A DNA stretch of 64,000 bases from Isurus oxyrinchus (GCA_026770705.1 JANJGN010000002.1:209250001-209314000), one strand, 5' to 3'. Shown: positions 39,847 to 54,054, numbered from the stretch's first letter. Made by a program: numbers and translations. Notes: generated by a model not told the origin, from the sequence alone.

Positions 39847-41340
39847 GAGAATTCTTACTAACCGGAATTTCTGTCAGATCTGTTTTTTGACTGGAGATGT
39901 CTCTCATCCCTCAGAAGCTGATGGTAACACTCACACCCTGACACAACTGCTAAAATTTGTCAAACTCATGAGTAGTTGTTGTCCGTGGTTTGTCCTCATT
40001 CCAGCCTACTGTTCTGTAAACCCATGTTTCCTTGAAGCTGCTCACTAGATTCACGCACTCCCACACCTATCGCAAAACCTCAACACCCACATCACTATGA
40101 GATCACCCAGGAGCTTTCTGATTGGTTGAAAACACGGAACTCTTAGGTAACCAGAATTTTTGATTAACTGGCACCACCCATTCCCCGCACAAGCCAGTTT
40201 ATAGAAGTTACTGTATTTCTGAAGTAAACTCTTGGTAAGCAGCATTCAACTGCATTGTAATGTGATGACATTAATTAGACCAAAATCCCATTTCAGCAAG
40301 TAGGTAAAAATCCCAACATATTTATGGCAATTACGATACGGTAATTACTGATATGTTGTTTCTACTGGCCAGTGAGAAATTAATTTATGATAATCGCAAA
40401 AAGAACTAAAATGAAATTAGGGAAGAATTCTTTACATTAAGGCTGGTAGAATATAGAACCCTCCACCACAAACTGTTATGAAAGTAGGATATCTAAATTC
40501 TCCTTAAAGCTAATTCGATTATTTCTTGATAAAGAAGAATATTAAATGATATGGGGAATGAAGAGATTTAGAAGGCATGTGTTCAGGGTTTCTACTTGCC
40601 ATCCCACAACTTAACTGTCCATTAAAATTTATGGAGGAAAATAACATGGTACAAAGAGAAAACCCTGGCCATACTTCAAATAGAGTGTCATCAGTTATCA
40701 ACAGGAAATTAGAATCAAATGTAAAGTGTCCATTAAAACTGATGAAAAAAATTGTGTGTTTTTTTAATTATCAAAGTGGTTTCAATATCAAGTTGTTTAG
40801 ATTGTGATCTGTGACTCTCCCAGCATACTATCTGCTGGTTAGAACACGAAGTGGCTCCACTGGAGGGGAAATCTACAAACTTGTTTTATCTCATCTAAAC
40901 CTCCCATTATTCATTTGTCCTGCATGAAATTCAGGATCGCAGCAAACATCTCTTGAAGGAAAGATTGGAAGGGAGCAAGTCGTGGGCAGTACACAGAAAG
41001 TATAAACAATGAGCTGAAGAAAAAAGCAAATAAATGTTTAAAATAAAATCTGCTTGGCTGGACATAATTTAACCCCTTCATTATTTTAAAAGCCTCAATC
41101 ATATTCCCTCAAAGTCTTTGCTTTTTTAATATAAAAACACTGCCCCAATAACATAACAAAGAGTCCTTCAACTAGGTTTCAATCAAGTAGCCCAGCTACA
41201 GACTTCTTCCTAAGGCCTCAACATTCTTCACGTGAGATAACCAAGCAGGGACAGGGTACTTTGGAGCCAGGCAGAACAATGTGCTGCACAAATAAAGAAT
41301 TGTACTGATAAACTTTATAAAAAACTAACACCCTATTCTC

Positions 41341-42514
41341 CCATCTCCCGCACGCCTTCTCTTCCCTCCCAGAAACATGATAGGGTCCCCCTTGTCCTCA
41401 CTTATCACCCCACCAGCCTCTGCATTCAAAGGATCATCCTCCGCCATTTCTGCCAACTCCAGCATGATGCCACTACCAAACACATTTTCCCTTCACCCCC
41501 CCCCCGGCGGCATTCTGTAGGGATCGCTCCCTCCGGGACACCCTGGTCCACTCCTCCATCACCCCCTACTCCTCAACTCTCACCTATGGCACCACCCCAT
41601 GCCCACGCAAAAGATGTAACGCCTGCCCCTTCACTTCCTCTCTCCTCACCAAGGGCCCAAACACTCCTTTCAAGTGAAGCAACATTTCACTTGCATTTCC
41701 CCCAACTTAGTCTACTGCATTCGTTGCTCCCAATGTGGTCTCCTCTACATTGGAGAGACCAAACGTAAACTGGGCGACCGCTTTGCAGAACACCTGCGGT
41801 CCATCCGCAAGATTGACCAAAACCTCCCTGTCGCTTGCCATTTCAACACTCCACCCTGCTCTCTTGCCCACATGTCTGTCCTTGGCTTGCTGCATTGTTC
41901 CAGTGAAGCCCAACGCAAACTGGAGGAACAACACCTCATCTTCCGACTAGGTACTTTACAGCCTTCCGGACTGAATATTGAATTCAACAACTTTAGGTCC
42001 TGAACTCCCTCCTCCATCCCCACTCCCTTTCTGTTTCTTCCCCCTTCCTTTTGTTTTTTTCCAATAAGTTATATAGATTTTTCTTTTTCCCACCTATTTC
42101 CATTATTCTTAAATATTTTTAAATCTTTTATGCTCCCCCCACCCCCACTAGAGCTATACCTTGAGTGCCCTACCATCCATTCTTAATTAGCACATTCGTT
42201 TAGATATATATCACCAACTTCAACACCTATGTGTTCTTTTGTTCTGTTGTCTGTGACATCTTTTGATGATCTGCTTCTATCACTGCTTGCTCATCCCTAC
42301 AACCACACCTCTCCCTCCACTTCTCTCCCCCTACCCAACCACCACCCCCCCCACCCCCACACACACACACCTTAAACCAGCTTATATTTCACCCCTTTCT
42401 TATTTCTACTTAGTTCTGTCGAAGGGTCATGAGGACTCGAAACGTCAACTCTTTTCTTCTCCGCCGATGCTGCCAGACCTGCTGAGTTTTTCCAGGTAAT
42501 TCTGTTTTTGTTTT
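41341..42514 (+). mobile_element. 5'-truncated PLE (GIY-YIG part plus pLTR with hammerhead-like motif 42412-42450), no inverted arm
   Basis: ORF 41674-42003 LVYCIRCSQCGLLYIGETKR. 11-bp TSD ACCCTATTCTC at 41330-41340 and 42515-42525. Confidence 0.94.
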
Positions 42515-44515
42515 ACCCTATTCTCTTTTACAGCAGCTTCTTAACAATGGTCATGGGCCTTCAGCGATTCATGAACTACAAACTGCAGACACTTCTTCCA
42601 TTCAGTAACCTTAACTAGTCAGCCCTGCATGGGAAATCCATGCTCAGAATTGCATCTGTCCAACTGCATCATTTTGATGTTAAACTGAAAGCTACTTGCT
42701 AGACATGGGCTCATTTTCCTACACCACTAGCTCCACCTACAAATTACTTCATTCATCAAAGGTTCTAGGACCACGTATATCTTCATGTTATTTGCAAACT
42801 TGTGGATTAATTCACTTCCCCCACCACTGCAACGGTTCAAGAAGGCAGCACACCACCACTTTCTCAAAGGCAATTAGGAATGGGCAATAAAAGCTGGTCT
42901 AACAAGAGATGCCCACATCCCCTGAATGAATTAAAAAAGGAAACAAAACTTTCATCTAGTTCATTGATAAAGCTGGTGAAGAACAATGACCTCAGTACCA
43001 ATCTCTACAGGTACTCATCAACCACCACATAAATCTGTCACTTTGAATAACTATTTACTGTGTACGTAAATGCAATGAAATGTTCAATCCAACCCGCCAA
43101 TTCCACAAAACATAATGATGCTCAACAGCCTTTTTGTGCAGCACTTCATCAAAGGCTTTTCAATTCACAAAGTCTATCAGGGTTTTTACCTCGGCAAAGG
43201 ATTTGATCAAGTTCATGAGATATGACCTTTTCAGAAGCCATGCTGCAAACGCCTAACAGTTCCTCAGTTTCATGTACATACAACATGTCTCTAATTATAC
43301 CTTCCAGCTAAGTACCTATAACAGAAATTCAAATAATGAGCATATAGTTTCCTGGTTTTAACTTTCTCCCCTTTTAAAACATAGGGAATGCATCAGTCTC
43401 TCCTGTCCATGGAAATAATCCCTTGACTTCAGCAAGTTTCTAAATATATGAGCCACTACATTAGCACATGGGAAATTTTCTTCTTTCTGGCATTAACATT
43501 AAAAAGCCACATTCTATGATAGATCCATTTAAAAAGTAAAATAAATTCCATCTTCAATTTTAAGTTACATGCTAGACAAATAATGCGAGAGAGGTCTTTG
43601 TGAGATATGCTGAAAGTAAAATGTATTTTAAACATCATACCTTTTTAGATGTAGTAATATTAACCAAGGGGAACTAGACTTGCCAACAGCCTGCAGCCAT
43701 GCTCGAGGTCTTCAGTGAGGAATTGTGCTATAGTTGTAACTTTAACCCTGATTTCCTGTCATGCTGCAATATTATTCACAATTCTGTAACTGATTTCTGA
43801 ATTATGAACTATGACTGAAAATGTGGTCTGGTGTGCACAGTTCACTTAAAGGAACAAGATTTGCAAGGAAAATGTGCCCTGAAAGGCGCTATGCCACGTT
43901 AGTAAGTAGAATTGGCCATAACTATAGCATCTGGTCATTTGACACTAGATATGTAAAACTTTATCCAAACAATTCTTCAATTAAAAACATACAAAGAAAG
44001 CAATCCAAAGGTTTGTACTGGAGAAAAGAGATGTCTTATGGCTGTACAAATTCAGCCTTTGGTCACCGCTGGGGCAAGAAGTGGAGTTTCAGAACAGACA
44101 ATCCAGGGGACACAAACCTCCGCAACACCACTTCTCACCCAAAAATGTTTTTTTACAACAGAGCTCGTCAATAACTTGTCCTGAATATTACTGGAAGTTT
44201 TGCACTGGGTCCATGCACATTCAAAACTGAATTAATTCTGTCATTTCCTATAGATTGCAGACAGAGAACACTTTCATCACATCAGCTCCAGACAGAGCTG
44301 GGGGGGCACCAACCCTTATCAAATGTTAATTATGGATGTCATAAACTAGTGGAGTGTTCTAGCACTCATGATGTTGATAATGTGCTATAATGGGTGAAAA
44401 TGCTTGAGATTTTTAATTGGAGGTAAAAAAAAAGTTTTAATTAAAAATTCGTTGTTTGCAAATTCTGTGCTCATCAAGGAAACAAACATCCAGTGCTAGG
44501 GGAAATTAAATTAAA

Positions 44516-44752
44516 AACAAAAAATAAAAACAAAAAAACTGCGGATGCTGGAAATCCAAAACAAAAACAGAATTACCTGGAAAAACTCAGCAGGTCTGGC
44601 AGCATGGGCGGAGAAGAAAAGAGTTGACGTTTCGAGTCATCATGACCCTTCGACAGAACTTGAGCACTCAAGTTCTGTCGAAGGGTCATGAGGACTCGAA
44701 ACGTCAACTCTTTTCTTCTCTGCCGATGCTGCCAGACCTGCTGAGTTTTTCC
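44516..44752 (+). mobile_element. 237-bp non-coding fold-back PLE with two opposed hammerhead-like motifs (44622-44660 minus, 44671-44709 plus)
   Basis: Palindrome centred on TTGAG-CA-CTCAA. 13-bp TSD AAATTAAATTAAA at 44503-44515 and 44753-44765. Confidence 0.93.
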
Positions 44753-45691
44753 AAATTAAATTAAAGTCAAACTTCCTTCTATTCTGTGTCTCCAAAGTAT
44801 CCCAACCTCAAAACATGAAGTTTCCCATTTCTTAAATCAGCTATCTCATGGCCTCCAACTGGGATTCATAGTTTAGTGACAATTAAGGCATATTATTCTT
44901 AGAATATCCTTCCCCCATTAAGTACCCATATCAGACTCAATCCTTTAAAGTGTCTCAAGGGTGGTTATTTTAATTTTAAAACTGAGAGTTACAGTAATCA
45001 GTACAAAGAGCAATACTTCAATTGGTGTAATGTGCCAATGTGGAGGGGTTGAAATAATAAGTGGCTGTCTCTTACTGTTAGATCAACTTTAGCATTCAGC
45101 CTACTCAAATACATGGTAATCCACTGGCTTTGTTTAAGGAAATACCACTCAGTGCGTGAGCTCATTGCATACCACCCTTTACATCAGATTGACAGCCAAT
45201 AAACAGACCAAAAAAAAACTGACTCTGGCAATATCCCTGTAGGATCCCGAACACGGCAGGGCAACCTACACACCATAAGCACTGTCACTTCAAATGCAGC
45301 CCACATTACAGCATAAATTACTCCAATTTTGTTTCAACTCCAAATAAAATCTCTTCTGTGACAAAACACAGCTGCAAAGAATTCCCTCAATAATACAAAG
45401 CACAAGTCATGTTGAACAATGTCTTTTGATGTTGATCACTGAATGCCAAATCCAGAAGGTTGTGACCATGAGCCCCCTGCCTCCATACACATTCAAACTC
45501 ATTCTTCCACATTCAGTGAGTTTGGGTAGATTTCCCTGCTGGAGCATGTGACAGTGGGGCTTTATTCCAAGCAGAGGACGCATGATACAACTACACCTGT
45601 TTTACTTTGGCTATACATAGTCATGCCACAAAGTAGCCTGATAGTATCTTCTGGAGAGATTCACAAACAGGCCATATTCGGAAGAAAAAAG

Positions 45692-46226
45692 TTGCATTTA
45701 CATAGCATCTTTCACATCCGCTGAACATCCCACACATTTCATTGCCATAGAGCTATTTTTGAAGTGCAGCCAAAAGCAGCAGCCAAAATCACACTGAGCA
45801 AAAATCCCACGAACAGAAATGAGATAAATGACCAAGCAATCAGTTTCTGCAGTGTTGATCAAACAAATTTTCAATTAACATGCAAAGAAAGCACTACAAA
45901 GGCTTGCACTGGAGACAACTAGATGCCTTATGTCTGTACAAATTGAGTTTTTGGTCATCACTGGGCATAAATTTTGGCCTGGACATGATCTTTTTCAAAT
46001 AGTGTCAAGAGATCTTTTATATTCATCTTAACGGGCAGGCAGTACCTCGATTTATAGTCTCATCCAAACAATAGGACCTTCAAAAGTGCAGGATTCCCTC
46101 AGCACAAGTAGCAACCCCTGAGTAATGCTGTGATATATCTGTTTAGATTGCATGCTGAAGTCCTGCAATATGGCTTGAACCCACGATCTTCTGGCTCAGA
46201 GCTGAAAGTGCTGCCATTGAGCCAAC
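45692..46226 (-). mobile_element. tRNA-derived Deu-domain SINE with internal insertion
   Basis: Homologous to 4000-4412. Minus-strand head TGGCTCAATGGCAGCAC...GGGTTCAAGCC. Confidence 0.7.
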
Positions 46227-46446
46227 TGGCGCTGTCCAGTTGGAGAGAAGATGATAATGTACCAGTCTGCAACCTGTCTTCCTAACAAGAGGGGCAATAG
46301 AAGCATTGGGGAAGATGATGACACAGATAAGAAAAAAGGCATATAATTAGAAGTTTCAGGATCTCCTTTATTAGGGATTTTATAAACTCCCCAAATGACT
46401 TGAAGTTTACAGACAAGCGCAGCAGGCATTTGAGAGCATCACCATT

Positions 46447-46822
46447 AAATCATAGAATGGTTACAGCACAGAAGGAGGCCAGTAGGTCTGTCATGTCTGC
46501 AAGCTCTCTGCAAGAACAGCTCAGCCAGTCTAACTCCTCTACCTGGTTCCTATCAGTTTACAAATCTTTTCTTTTCAGATACTTATCCAATTCCATCTTG
46601 AAAGTCACAACTGAATCTGCTGCCACAACTTCTCAGGCAGTACATTCCAGATGCTAACCACTCACTGCATAAAAGTTTTCTTCAGGTTGCTTTTGGTCCT
46701 TTTGCCATTCACTTTAAATTGGTGTCTTCTGGTTTGCAGCCCTTCTGCCAATGGGAACAGTTTCTTCCTATTTACTCAATGCAGACCCTTCAGTTTGAAA
46801 ATTTGCATCAAATCTCCTCTCA
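46447..46822 (-). mobile_element. CR1-like 3' end
   Basis: ATCATAGAATGGTTACAGCACAGAAGGAGGCCA tail in reverse orientation. Confidence 0.65.
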
Positions 46823-47329
46823 GGTTAGGGCTGCATCTTCCAAGGAGTGGCAATCACTGGAGCTCTGCATTTCTCGCCCAGATTTCAGACTCAGAGTCCT
46901 TCCTCATTGTGCAGGATCATTGGTGGAAGCCAAGCCATGTCCTACTAGCTGCCATATTTTGGTAAATCTTCATTCACCAACACAATGAAACGTTTTGGGA
47001 CATTTAAATAGCTTTTCACTGTGTTAGCGAATGAGTGTGAATGAGGTAAGTGGGCTGGCACAGTGGCAGGTCACAGGGTTGGCAGGGTGGGTTAGTACAG
47101 CAAAGTGGTTGGGTGGGATGGGTGGCAGGGTGGTGAAGTTGGTTCAGGGGGAGTTAGAGGGTCGGGTGGGAGAGTCAGAGATTCGGTGGGGGGAGAGAGA
47201 AAGTCAGAGAGTCAGGTAGAAGGGGGGAAGGGGGATGGAGTCAGAGGGTCAGGGAGGTTGGAGGGGCATCAGAGGTGTCAGTTGTACAGTTACCCAGGAG
47301 TTAGACATGGTTTTTCCTGCTTAACATTT

Positions 47330-47720
47330 TTTTTTAATTCTTTCATGAGATGTGGGTGTTTCTGGCAAAGCCAGAATTTGGTGCACATTCCTAACTGCCC
47401 TTGGAATGAGTGGCTTGCTAGGCCAATTCAGAGGGCAGTTAAGACTTAACCAGACTGATGTGGATCTGGAGTCACACATAGGCCAGGCCACGCAAGGATG
47501 ACAGATTTCCTAAAGGACAGTGAACCAGATGGGCTTTTACAACAATCGATGATAGTTTCAAATAGTCACCATTACTGAGAATGCTTTCAATTCCAGACTT
47601 ATTAATTGATTACAAATTCCAGCTGCTGTCATAGTGGGATTTGAACCCATGTACCCAGGGCATTAGCCTGGGCCTCTGGATTACTTGTTCAGTGACATTA
47701 CCACTACACCACCGTCTCCT
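47330..47720 (-). mobile_element. tRNA-headed SINE with LINE-like tail
   Basis: Minus-strand head GGTGGTGTAGTGGTAATGTCACTG...GGGTTCAAATCCC. Same family as 29418. Confidence 0.82.
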
Positions 47721-48915
47721 CATCTCTCCTGGGTAACTATTCTGATAAGTGAGTCAGAACCCTCTGAAGTATCCTCCAACTCACAGTTGGAGACTTTGTC
47801 GGGTTCTGGGTGGAGGGAAATTGCCATCAGAAGTTGAAACATCCCAGGCAACTCCCGCAGAATCCTTGCGTTGGGGCTTCCACAGGATCTCCCGGTGCAT
47901 CTTCTGGGGTACCTCCGGGGTACAACCATCTAGAAGCCGCAAGATCTGGGCCTTTGCCTCTATGTATAAAGGGTAGCCTTCTGAAGGCCTTATTAATTGC
48001 ATTCTCAACTTTCCCGACCACCCTCAACAATTTGTGCATATATAATGCGAAGGTCTCCCCCCCCTTTAAAGGGCTGTTAATTTGTTTGTTAGTTAATTTG
48101 TTTATTTTATGGATTTTTAAAGGAACATATAACCCCTGGTGCCTCTGCTCCTGCACTCCCTTTCGAATAGTATTATTTTATATTGCTTTTTCTCATTCTT
48201 TCAATGAAAATGCACCACCTGCAAGCTCCCCTCCTAATTACATGCCATCACAACTTGGAATATATGGCCATTCCTTCATCATCACTGGGCCAAAATCATG
48301 GAAATCCCCATATAACAGGACTATATGTGTGCCTGCACCATCCAGAAAGGAGTCCAAAAAGGCGGCTCACCACTATATTCTTAAGGGCAATAAAAGATTG
48401 GAAGTGAATACTGACATTGTCAGCAAAGCCCACATCCCATGAATGAATAGAAAGCTGAATTATAGCATGCATTTTTTTGTTTTAAATGATTCTTTTATGT
48501 TATTACTTTTCCCAATTTTGATTTGGTGAGGTGGTCTTGTGGCTGTAGGTAGCATCCCTGCCTCTGCACCAGAATCTCTGGATTCAATTGCCCCTCTGGG
48601 GCTTGTTGGACCTGAAAGGAGCATTCATAACACAGTTCAACAGATTGGTAACCAGCCTGCTAATCCTTTCAACACTTCCCCACTATTCCCCAACAAAACA
48701 AACAATTGGTAATTGTTTCATGATAGTTAAAAAACAGATAAAAACAGAACCAACAATTGCTCCCACTGGAATTTCAATGAGAAACACTAAACATTCGAGT
48801 AAACCTTACACACATCTCAGGTATAATGTTTAAACATTACAGTCAGCATTGTCAAGGTCAGGTCACAGGAAACAGTGAGCATCTGTAATGAAAACACTAC
48901 AAAGATTGCAACTAA

Positions 48916-49447
48916 GATAAAAGCAAAAAACTGCGGATGCTGGAAATCAACAACAAAAATACCTGGAAAAACTCAGCAGGTCTGACAACATCTGTGGAGA
49001 GGAACACAGTTAATGTTTCGAGTCCGTATGACTCTTCAACAGAACTAAGGAAAAAAGAAGAGGTGAAATATAAGCTGGTTTAAAGAGGGGGTGGGACAGG
49101 TAGAGCTGGATAGAGGGCCAGTGATAGGTGGAGATAGCCAAAAAATGTCATAGACAAAAGGACAAAGAGGTGTTGAAGGTGGTGATATTATCTAAGGAAT
49201 GTGATAATAGGCAACATTAAGGGTAGAAAGCAGGACGAGCAAGCCCTAGTGGGGGTGGGGTGGGGGGGAAGGGAATCGAAATAGGCTAAATGGTAGAGAT
49301 AAAACAATGGATGGAAATACATTTAAAAATAATGGAAGTAGGTGGGAAAAGAAAAATCTATATAAATTATTGGAAAAAAGGGCATCGGAAAGGGGGTGGG
49401 GATGGAGGAGAGAGTTCATAATCTAAAATTGTTGAACTCAAAATTCA
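48916..49447 (-). mobile_element. Isolated inverted PLE arm (complete pLTR plus last ORF codons) with hammerhead-like motif 49008-49046
   Basis: Reverse complement of EFNNFRL-stop plus pLTR with full tail. Stem II here is GAGTC/GACTC. No TSD found. Confidence 0.9.
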
Positions 49448-49449
49448 CT

Positions 49450-50825
49450 TTACAGCCTTTTGGACAGGAAGAAGTTTTTCCTCACATCACTTCTAGTCCT
49501 TTTGCTCATTAGTTTGAACCTGTGCCCTCTAGTTCTTAATGTACTCTTGAGCAGGAACAGCTTCTCACTATTTACCCTGTCCATTCCCCTCAAAATCTAA
49601 AATACCTCTATCAAGTTTCCCCTCAGTCTTCTTTTCTCCAAGGAAAACATTCCCAACCTCTCCAATCTGTCCTCATAACTACAGTTGTTCATCCCTGGAA
49701 TCATTCTTGTGAATCTGCTCCATACTTTCTCCAATGCCTTCACATCCTTCCTCAAGTATGGCGCCCAGAACTGGACGCAGTACTCCAGATGAGGCCTAAC
49801 CAGTGTCTTATACAAGTTTAATATGACTTCCTTACTCTTGTACTTAATTCCCCTTTGATAAATCCTAGGATACCAAATGCTTTATGAGCTGCTCTCTCAA
49901 CATGTCCTGCCACCTTCAGTGACTTATATACGTATACGCCGAGGCCCCTTTGTCCCTTAAGAGTTTCTCCCTTTATTTCATACTGTCTCTCCACATTCTT
50001 CCTGCCAAAATGAATCACCACACACTCCTCTGCATTAAACTTCATCTCCCACTTGTCTGCCCAATCCACCAACATGTATGAACTTTTGAAGTTCAAGACT
50101 ACGCTCATCACTGTTGACAACGTTTCCAATCTTTGTATCGTCTGCAAATTTTGAAATCATGCCCTGCACACCACAGCCTAGGTCATTAATATATATCAGG
50201 AAGAGCAAGGGTCCCAACACTGACCCCTGGGAAATTCCACTACAAGCCTTCTTCCAATTTGAAAAACAATCATTTATCACTACTCTCTGTTTCCTGTCAC
50301 TCAGCCAATTTCTTATCCAAGTGTCTACTTTCCCTTTTATTTCATGAGCTAGGATTTTCCCCACAAGTCTGTTGTGTGGGCTTTTTGAAAATCCATATAC
50401 ACCACATCAACAATATTGCCCTTATCAACTTTCTCTGTTACCTCCTCAAAATAACTCCAGCAAGCTAATTAAACATGATTGGCCATTGATGAATCCATGC
50501 TGGCTTTTCTTAATTATCCTGCGCTTGTCTAAGTGACTATTGATTTTGCCCCAAACAATAGTTTCCATAAGTTTCCCTACCACTGAAATGAAATTGATTG
50601 GTCTGTAGTTGCCAACTTTATCCTTGCACCCCTTTTTGGATAAGGGTGTAACATTCACAATTCTTCAGTCCTCTGGCACCTCTCCTGTGTCTAAGGAAGA
50701 CTAGAAGATTATCAATAGCGCCTCTGAAATTTCCATTCTCACCTCCTTCAGTACCTTTGGATGCGTTTCATCCTGTCCTGGTACCTTATCTATTTTAAGT
50801 AAAGATAGCCTTTCTCAAACCTCCC
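49450..50825 (-). mobile_element. CR1 LINE RT fragment
   Basis: GNYRPI, QGSVLGPLLFLIYINDL, SKFADDTK, YKTLVRPHLEYCVQFWAPY. Confidence 0.93.
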
Positions 50826-50829
50826 CCTA

Positions 50830-51140
50830 CATGAATATCAAAAGGTTAGTATGCAGGTACAGCAAGTGACCAGAAAGTCAAATGGAATGTTGTTTATTGC
50901 AAGAGGAACGGAACAAATGTAGGAAAATTTTCTACTGGGCATTGGTGAATCCACCTTCGGAGTAATACGTACAGCCTTGCTCTCCTACTCAAGAACGGAA
51001 TAAACTGCGCTAGAAGCATCTCAGAGAAGGTTCACCCAACCAACTCCTGGGATGATGGGGGTATCCTATAGAAGAAGGGTTGGACCTTATCCATTGGAGT
51101 TTAGAAGAATGATAGGCGATCCTATTGAAACATATAAGAT
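50830..51140 (+). mobile_element. CR1 ORF2 fragment in the opposite orientation
   Basis: KVSMQVQQV..., QRRFT..., GVTAGAAGAATG-like CR1 sequence. Confidence 0.75.
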
Positions 51141-52355
51141 CATACAAACAGGGAGCAGGGGTAGGCCATTTGGATCCTCAAGCCTTCTCTGCCATTCAAT
51201 AAGATCATAGCTGATCTGACAGTAACCGCAAACCTGCATCCCCGATAATCTATCACCCCCTTGCTTACCAAGAATCTATCCATCACTGCGTTAAAAATAT
51301 TCAAAGACTCTGCTTCTACCACCTTTTCAGGAAAAGTTCCAAAGGCTCACGACCCTCTGAGAGAAACAAGTCGCCTCATCTCTGTTTTAAATAGGTGACT
51401 CTTCTTATTTTTAGACAGTGACCCCTCATTCTAGACTCTCCCACAAGAGGAAACATCCTTTCCACATCCACCCTGCCAAGACCCCCTCAGGATCTTATAT
51501 GCGTCAATCAAGTCGCCTCTTACTCTTCTAAACTCCAGTGGATACAAGCCTAACCTGTCCAGCCTTTCCTCATATGACAACCAGCCCATTCCTGGTATCA
51601 GTCTGGTAAACATTCTTTGAACTGCTTCCAATGCACTCACATCCTTCCCCAAATAAGATGACCAACACTGGACTCAACCCTCCAGTTGTGGTCTCACTGA
51701 AGCATAACCTCCCTACTTTTGTATTCAGCTGCCCTCGCAATAACATTCTATTAGCTCTCCCAATTGCTTGCTGTACCTGCATACCAACCCCCTGCGATTC
51801 ACACACTAAGACACTCAGATCCCTCTGTACCTCAGTTCTGCAATCTCTCACCATTTAGATAATATGCTTCTGTTTTATTCTTCTTGCCAAAATGGACAAT
51901 TTCACATTTTCCTACATTATGCTCCAATTGCCGGATCTTTGCCCACTTACTTAATCTATCCATATCTTTTTGTAGCTTCCTTATGTCCTCTTCACAACTT
52001 ACTTTCCTACTTATCTTTGTGTCATCAGCAAATTTGGCAACCATCCTATCCATCCCTTCATCCAATTCATATATATAAATTGTAAACAGTTGAGGTCCCA
52101 GCACTGATCCCTGTGGCACACCACTCGTTACACCTTGCCAACCTGAAAAAGGCTCATTTATTCCTACTCTCTGCTTCCTGTTGGTCAGCCAATCTTCTAC
52201 CTATGCCAATATGTTACCCCTTATGCCATGAGCTTTTATTTTATGCAATAACCTCTGATGTGGCACTTTATTAAGTGCCTTCTCTATATCTAAGTACAGT
52301 ACATCCACCGGTTCCCCTTTATCCACAGGGGAACTTCCCAAAGAACTCCAATAAC
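51141..52355 (-). mobile_element. CR1 LINE RT fragment with 3' UTR
   Basis: PQGSVLGPQLFTIYIYELDEG, AKFADDTK, RLIPGMGWLSYEERLDRLGLY. Confidence 0.93.
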
Positions 52356-54054
52356 TTGAGGGGACTTGACAGGCTGGCTACTAAAAAGATGTTTCCCTTT
52401 GTGAGAGAGACTAGAAGGCTTCACCTGCTGCGCCCATTACAGCCTGGCATTGCAATGCGGAGAGGAACTGGCTGATGAAGAGATGCAGGAGTTGGAGGTC
52501 TCTTCTGATGAGGAGGACATAGACAGTGATGAGGGTGAGGAGGCGACAAAAATGGCGATGAGGCCCTCACACTGGCCAGTTGGGGCAGGTGCGCTCAGGA
52601 GGCCCTCATAGATGCTAGATTTGTGAAGGATGATGACAACGACATGCAGTGAGGAGACACCATGGACCCTCACATTGCATCTATGCATATTTGACTCTAT
52701 TCTGGCTTATGGTAGTGCACATACCCTCTGTGATAATGCTCCTGTCATTGAGATGCAGTGGAGGCCCTAATAGTCACCTGATTGTGGGAGGATGATGATG
52801 ATATACAGTGAGGACACTCCATAGATCTTCACATAGCCTCTGTGAATGTCTGACCCCTGTCTGCCCGAGGACAGCTCACGTACGCTGGGTGATCAGGGTC
52901 ATATCATAGAGACACAGCCATAAAACTTTAAAAGCATCTTATCCTTCATCTGTCTTCAGCATCTGAACCCTTCAGGAGCACTGCATCACTGGTCACAGAT
53001 GCTGAAGAGATGAGCGCCAGACCCATCTTAAAGATCCTGAGAGTACAGAGAGAGTGATGGAACTCTGTAACATCTGCCCATGACATTCTTGCAGCAATGA
53101 CAAGCACCATCGAGGTGCAGGCATCACTAATATGTCCAGGGAGTATGAGTCCGGGCCATCACTTTGGTCTGAAGGCAGGAACAAAGCACAGGGAAGAGGC
53201 CCTCGACTGAGACATCTGCCTTTATCTTGTGCAGAAAGGTTTCACATCTAAGTGACATGAACACTGCTCATCAGGACAAGGGGCCATAGGCAGGGAGACA
53301 TTCTTGGGAGTGTATTTACAATAGCAAACATTATGTACAAGTGATTAACACCTGTGCTCAGCCTGTGCAAGAACAATTTAACTTTCCTAACCATGCCGCT
53401 ACATCTTGGTGCTCCCTGACATCCACAGTGGAGGTGGATGCAGCCTGCTGACTATGACGCCCTGTCTGTGATGACCTTGGTGGGTGTCCTCTAGAGGGCC
53501 GAGGCCTGGAGGGTACCAGCCTTCTTGGGGTCCTGCTGTGTGGCAGTGGCATCCCCCGTGCCCTGTGGAGCTGGAGCTGCTGAGGTCACACAAAGAGGGG
53601 ATTCAGATGGGCCGGACACTCCAGGAGTCACCTGGATGGATGGCCCCAGGGGGTTATACCTGCTGATCCTCTTCCTTATGGATGCCCAACAGCCCCTTGA
53701 GGAGAAAGGGTAGCTGGAGTGAGATCAGGTGTCCCTGCACCACTTTCGGGTACACTGTTGGGGGTCATTTATAGTGTCAGTGATGGAGTTCAGCCCACGC
53801 AGCAGTGCAGGAGCAACATCCTGGACCTAGATCTCCATGGCGGCAGCCATCCTAACATATTGATCTCGGTAAGTTGGCATGTCGGTGCTATCACCTCAGG
53901 AGGCAGATGGACTCCTCCATTGTGCCTTGCAATCTGAGGAGCGTAACAGGCATCCCTTGCTGATGTTCCTGTGCTTGGCTTTACAGCCGATAGATGGGAA
54001 TACCCCCACATGGAAGTTGCCCTCCAAGTCACTCACCATCCTGACTCGGAAAAT

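Noticed and set aside
40612-40750. Short direct repeat TGTCCATTAAAA x2
   Set aside because: 12-bp AT-rich match with no further structure.
47630-47720. tRNA gene
   Set aside because: A/B boxes belong to a SINE head that continues into the SINE body. No complete cloverleaf.
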